Below, in pieces: positions 33,888 through 38,074 of a stretch of 38,074 nucleotides of DNA. Position numbers and translations under genes: made by a program. The notes below the pieces were generated by a model. The model was not told the DNA's origin. It saw only the letters and a list, made by a program, of their open reading frames with translations, and searched no databases. Position 1 is the stretch's first letter. Each line of letters starts with the position of its first letter. The DNA is from a virus (Duplodnaviria; Caudoviricetes), in the IMG/VR virus record IMGVR_UViG_3300027196_000008, positions 1-38,074 of that record; one strand, given 5' to 3'.

Positions 33888-35504
33888 TTATCGTGGGGTT
33901 ACACTTGGCATACGGTTAGAACTAATCATTTGTCGCTTAATTTCTTCTTCCGTAAGTTCATCCTCAGTAATCCTATTAGACATTTCACCATTTCCCATAG
34001 GATTATAAGCAATACCACCAAATGCTTTTTTCATTAAACCACCGTCATAAGCACGTTCAGCATCGTCCATCATAGTTTGTAGCTGTTCCGCGCCTAGTTG
34101 ATCAGTAGCCTTTCTGGTGAAAACAAATTCACCATCCGATAACCTTGCGGGTATCGAATCTGATACTCCAGTTCCGGGGCCATCTACTTCCCCTTCACCT
34201 GAGAATTCTCCTGCAACATCCATAACTTGATCAAAGATGCTGCTTAGACGTTCATCTTGTTCTAAAACGTCCATTAAATAATCTTGATCGTCTTCTTCTA
34301 AAGACTCGTCAAGTATAAATTGCAAATAGTTATTTTCCATTTCAGCGTCAGGAAGCTGTGACTTTTTAGCCGCTTCTTTTTCTTCTTCTGGAATATTGTC
34401 ATAAGTATCTTGTATTTCTGGGGGCAGTAGCATTGAACCACCTTCAGCTTTAGCTTCTCTTCCTTTAGCTACATCTGTAGTATATTCGCTACCTTCAAAC
34501 ATAAAAGTATTTTCTCCTGCATTGTGAGCTTCGCTAAATGCACTTTCAAACTTTTCACGTTTGCTTTCAGTTAAACTTTCATATACATCTTTAACTGCTT
34601 CTGGGCCTTCTAGTAACAACATTGTTACACCTGCTGTACCCGCAGTATTTTTAGCCATATCACTACGATAAGTTTTTTGTTTCCGTACTAAAGGTTTTGT
34701 AGCTTCTTGGCTTTCAGTTGCATTATCTTTAAGACTTGCAATAATTGAATCTAAATCAGTTTTACCGCCACCACCTGTAGCATAGTTTTCAAAAAACCGT
34801 AAACTCTTTTCGTCTTCTTTATTTTCTTTAGTTAGCTTTTTAATTAAATTAGGATACGTTTCTTTTGTTTCAACTACAGCAGTATCTATTTGTTTGCGTG
34901 TTGGCTTCTTGCCTTGCTTAACATTCTTACGCAACATGCTAACAATTAACTCGCCAACTCTACCGCCCTTGCTATATTCTTCACGCTCTGGTGGTACTAA
35001 CATAGAGCCACCTTCAGCTTTAACTACTCTAGGGCCAGTAGATTCTAAACGATCTAAGGCAGGGCCATATAGATCTACATCTGCTTCATTTACATTCTCT
35101 TTAAACTCTTTAAGACCTTTAGCGTCTAATGTATTTAAATACTGAGAAACTTCGGAAGCACCTGTAAATAGTTCTAAACTGTTTGCTGCTTCTTTAGGTG
35201 TCATAGAAGTCATCATACCTTCTTGAGACTCAGCTATTTCAACGCCATAGTCATCACCTAACATTTTTAAACGCTCTTTTTCAGGAAGAGCATCCATTAG
35301 ATCTATATATTCATCATCACTTAAAGTATCTAAATACTGAGGATTATCAGCTAGACGTTCTTCTAAAGCTTCGCGTATACGTTCAGCATCTACTTTATTC
35401 TTTTTTGTCGTTGATGCTTTAGCACCTGCTTCAGCAACTTCTTTATCAGAAAGTTTAGATAACAAACTTAAAACTTTCTTAGCTGACTTTTTAGGTATTT
35501 TCAT
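33888..35504 (-). CDS. head-module protein with repeated GG motifs and a C-terminal tape-measure-like GPGTG.SDSIPA.LS.GEFV domain (538 aa)
   Basis: Motifs read directly from the translation. GAGGA Shine-Dalgarno. Located between portal and scaffold. Confidence 0.7.
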   Translation of the reverse strand: MKIPKKSAKKVLSLLSKLSDKEVAEAGAKASTTKKNKVDAERIREALEERLADNPQYLDTLSDDEYIDLMDALPEKERLKMLGDDYGVEIAESQEGMMTSMTPKEAANSLELFTGASEVSQYLNTLDAKGLKEFKENVNEADVDLYGPALDRLESTGPRVVKAEGGSMLVPPEREEYSKGGRVGELIVSMLRKNVKQGKKPTRKQIDTAVVETKETYPNLIKKLTKENKEDEKSLRFFENYATGGGGKTDLDSIIASLKDNATESQEATKPLVRKQKTYRSDMAKNTAGTAGVTMLLLEGPEAVKDVYESLTESKREKFESAFSEAHNAGENTFMFEGSEYTTDVAKGREAKAEGGSMLLPPEIQDTYDNIPEEEKEAAKKSQLPDAEMENNYLQFILDESLEEDDQDYLMDVLEQDERLSSIFDQVMDVAGEFSGEGEVDGPGTGVSDSIPARLSDGEFVFTRKATDQLGAEQLQTMMDDAERAYDGGLMKKAFGGIAYNPMGNGEMSNRITEDELTEEEIKRQMISSNRMPSVTPR

Positions 35505-35507
35505 GGA

Positions 35508-35738
35508 TTAATCCTCAATTCTTTGTTTAGCTTCTTTTACTTGTTCTTTAAGATTTATTAAGTTAGCCAGAGAACTCACTTTCCCCTGCTTGCGGAACAC
35601 TTCCAGTTCCGATGTTGCCACCGCCAGTCCCTGTAGCTCCAACATCTTGAGGTTGTTGAGGTGTTCCTTGAGGGCTTCCCATAGCTCCTGATTGGTCACT
35701 AGGGGGGACAGCCTCGCTGCCATTTCCTTGTCCAGCAT
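35508..35738 (-). CDS. small post-portal protein (76 aa), overlapping the portal C-terminus
   Basis: GGAG upstream of the ATG. The L.PLV....W......R.QG....L..L..L...V pattern is typical of the gene following podophage portals. Confidence 0.75.
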   Translation of the reverse strand: MLDKEMAARLSPLVTNQELWEALKEHLNNLKMLELQGLAVATSELEVFRKQGKVSSLANLINLKEQVKEAKQRIED

Positions 35739-37746
35739 TTTGTACTCCTATGATTTTAGCCATAATAGCCGCTTCTTCAGGATCATTTAGAATTTCATCA
35801 GGGTCTAAATCAAGACTGTATGCAAGCTCACTAATGATCTTAGAGATCTTAACAAAAGGTGCAATAGCAGGGTTTTGTGCAGTTTGTAAGAACATTGTCA
35901 ATCGTTGACTACGTACTTCTTTCTGCATCAAGCTATTTGTACCCATAGCTTTAATTTCTAAATCGCCTTCTATTTCTAACTGACCATCGAAAAACTGCAT
36001 GTTCCATTGATAGTATGCTTGACCTAAAGGCTTTAATAAAAAATCATCTAGGTTTTTAACAACAGTTTTAATATTAAGTGACGCAGCACCTAGCAACATA
36101 GACATACCAGAAGCGGTACGGGTCATAGACTGAACGCCTGTTTGACCATGTGAATAACTAGGTATTCCGGTTTGCTCGTCAGCAAGCTGCCTAAACTTAT
36201 CAAACATCATCATATTTTCTTGAGAAGTGTTCGGAAACTTAACTCCATGAATAGCTTGGCCCGGCATTCCTGCTTGTCTGCGGAAGACTTTTCCGGGATA
36301 TATTTCCATTGACTGCCCACCAACTAAAGCAGACTCGTCTACGTCAAAAACTAAAGAGCCACTTAAAGCAAGATTGTCAATTGCCATACGTGCGTGGCCG
36401 TTCATTATCTGTTGCGAGTCGTCCATATTTTCGGCAACACCAATGCCAAAAAAGCTATAAGGATTACGCTCGTAACTAAAGGCATTATAGGGCAGTCGAT
36501 ATGGAGTAAATGGATTAACAACTGTGCGGAGAAGCTTGCCATTACAAACCCAAGCATTAATTTGTACTTCATCTAAATCGTCAACATTTTCATCAAGCTC
36601 CATGCCAGCTTCACGCGCATACTCTGCATCCATGATTCCCCAGTATTCTAAAACTTCAAACTGTCCTGAACCATATTCTTCTGTACGCGCATCGTCTTTT
36701 AACTCATGCTCATAATCTTGTTCAACATAATTAGGCCCAAGCATTAACGCATCACGTATAGCATCTTTATCAAAATAAGGTAGCTTTGATAATGCTCTTA
36801 ACTGAGAACGATTGAGCTTATGACGGTGGAAAGTGTATTCACACTCATCAATTGTGGTTGCGCTAGGGTCGGGGAAAAAGTCCCAAATACTAACAAATTC
36901 AATACGTGGTACACGCACACTAAGAGGGTCATAGTTGCGAGTACCCGTTGCTTCATCCTTTCTCCACCTTCCAATAGTTTTGTTGTGGTTAAACGGGCCT
37001 TTAATAATACCAGTGCCAAATAAAGCCGCTTCAAAAATAGCGTTTCGTAATTCAGAAGATCCGTTTGATTCTTCTATTTGATCGTGAATTAACTTCTGCA
37101 TTTTTCTAGCAGCTTCTTTAGCTGGAGAAACTTCTAATACATTAGGATCAGGAGAAGGGCCATCTGTTAAAGTAATTTCACCGTTTTCTTCTGCTTCATT
37201 TAGAAGTCTTTCAAAACGTGATTCACCTTGTCCAAAGGTTGCTCCAGCTTTTAAAACTTTACCATCCCCTTCATAACCAACATCAAAAGGATTAACAATT
37301 TCTTGTTCTTTTTTTTCTTCTTCTTCTTCTGAAAGAGATGTCTCTATTCCGGGAGTTGTATCAACATGTCGATATGTTGCAACACCTTCGGGAATAAGAG
37401 TTTCTTTAACTCCAATTGGAAACTGACCTGTTCCAAAAATAACATCTACTAACTGCCCAAAAGCAGCTAAAACTTTCGTTTTTGTAACTTTAATAAATAC
37501 TTTAGATTTTTCAGATTCTCTAAAGCTTTGTTGTTTTCCGTACAAGCCTCTAAAATTGTGATAGGCTTTTAGCCAGCGTTGTTCGTCAGCTTCTCTTGCA
37601 CTTTGAGATTGTTCAAAACGATCTTCAATTAACCCAACAAGTTTAGAACGCACACTCTCTTCAAGGTTCATTTCTAAACCATTTTCACCTTCTACTTGGT
37701 AAAAGATGTCGTTTGCATTTGCATATAACGAATTTTCTTCTTGCAT
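35563..37746 (-). CDS. portal protein
   Basis: W...Y....G.Y, S.VF.K.T..KV..A, FGTG..KGP, S.WDF.PDP, PY..FG.G and RTASG.SML motifs. 727 aa. Confidence 0.92.
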   Translation of the reverse strand: MQEENSLYANANDIFYQVEGENGLEMNLEESVRSKLVGLIEDRFEQSQSAREADEQRWLKAYHNFRGLYGKQQSFRESEKSKVFIKVTKTKVLAAFGQLVDVIFGTGQFPIGVKETLIPEGVATYRHVDTTPGIETSLSEEEEEKKEQEIVNPFDVGYEGDGKVLKAGATFGQGESRFERLLNEAEENGEITLTDGPSPDPNVLEVSPAKEAARKMQKLIHDQIEESNGSSELRNAIFEAALFGTGIIKGPFNHNKTIGRWRKDEATGTRNYDPLSVRVPRIEFVSIWDFFPDPSATTIDECEYTFHRHKLNRSQLRALSKLPYFDKDAIRDALMLGPNYVEQDYEHELKDDARTEEYGSGQFEVLEYWGIMDAEYAREAGMELDENVDDLDEVQINAWVCNGKLLRTVVNPFTPYRLPYNAFSYERNPYSFFGIGVAENMDDSQQIMNGHARMAIDNLALSGSLVFDVDESALVGGQSMEIYPGKVFRRQAGMPGQAIHGVKFPNTSQENMMMFDKFRQLADEQTGIPSYSHGQTGVQSMTRTASGMSMLLGAASLNIKTVVKNLDDFLLKPLGQAYYQWNMQFFDGQLEIEGDLEIKAMGTNSLMQKEVRSQRLTMFLQTAQNPAIAPFVKISKIISELAYSLDLDPDEILNDPEEAAIMAKIIGVQNAGQGNGSEAVPPSDQSGAMGSPQGTPQQPQDVGATGTGGGNIGTGSVPQAGESEFSG

Positions 37747-37757
37747 TTAAATTACCT

Positions 37758-38072
37758 TTAAAGTGGCTTAGAAATAGACATACTGCCAGATAATTGGCCT
37801 CGTCCATCTTTATGTGCTTCTACTCTTAAATTAAAGCCGCTTTTTAGTTGTTTATTATAAGAAGCTCCCATACCATATGCTGATTTGTTTGCACCTACAG
37901 AAGACTTATTTTTTAATTGTTTTTCTATACTAATGTTCTTGTTACGAACACCAGCAGAGTCTTTATATTTACTAGCTGATACAACAGCACTTCCTTTTCT
38001 TAAACTTCCTGTCATACTTCCTGATTTAAATCCAGCAGAGTCTTTAAATTTAGTAGCTGATACAGCAGCACT
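37758..38072 (-). CDS. 5'-truncated basic protein with amphipathic beta-hairpin repeats
   Basis: The frame stays open to the window edge (SAAVSATKFKDSAGFKSGSMTG...), so the listed ATG at 38015 is probably internal. Confidence 0.65.
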   Translation of the reverse strand, partial: SAAVSATKFKDSAGFKSGSMTGSLRKGSAVVSASKYKDSAGVRNKNISIEKQLKNKSSVGANKSAYGMGASYNKQLKSGFNLRVEAHKDGRGQLSGSMSISKPL

Positions 38073-38074
38073 TC
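37951..38074. repeat. direct repeat, 43 nt x2, 81-nt period
   Basis: 37951-37993 versus 38032-38074, 40/43 identical. In frame, giving a 27-aa period. Confidence 0.9.

Noticed and set aside
33888-35504. Calling this gene a tape measure protein and the phage a siphovirus
   Set aside because: Only a short domain is tape-measure-like. The adaptor, nozzle and ejection-gene layout is podoviral, and no tail tube gene was seen.

Overview
The window is an internal ~38 kb segment of a podovirus-type dsDNA phage genome with two convergent arms. The + arm (1-11198) carries early and replication genes: DUF932-like, MazG-like, SSB, T7-like primase-helicase, family A DNA polymerase, four nuclease-like genes, DUF3310 and a class II (B12-dependent) ribonucleotide reductase. 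The - arm (38074 down to 11206) carries portal, scaffold, major capsid, tail adaptor and nozzle, a tail fibre with an S74-type chaperone, five putative internal/ejection proteins, endolysin, holin and a cluster of small basic proteins. The layout resembles marine Zobellviridae/cobavirus-like podophages (inference). I saw no RNA polymerase, integrase, tRNA or CRISPR array. The most striking unexplained signal is a peptide motif, R-x-x-[YK]-x-x-G-G, with 7 exact copies plus variants in four unrelated virion-arm proteins, where it ends basic leaders and brackets cargo-like domains. A protein between portal and scaffold carries three exact copies plus a small domain resembling the C-terminal region of lambda-like tape-measure proteins. 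Together these suggest an undescribed virion cargo tagging/processing system. A triple GCCAC-hairpin-CCC element upstream of the scaffold gene is a second candidate. All family assignments come from recalled motifs, not database searches.
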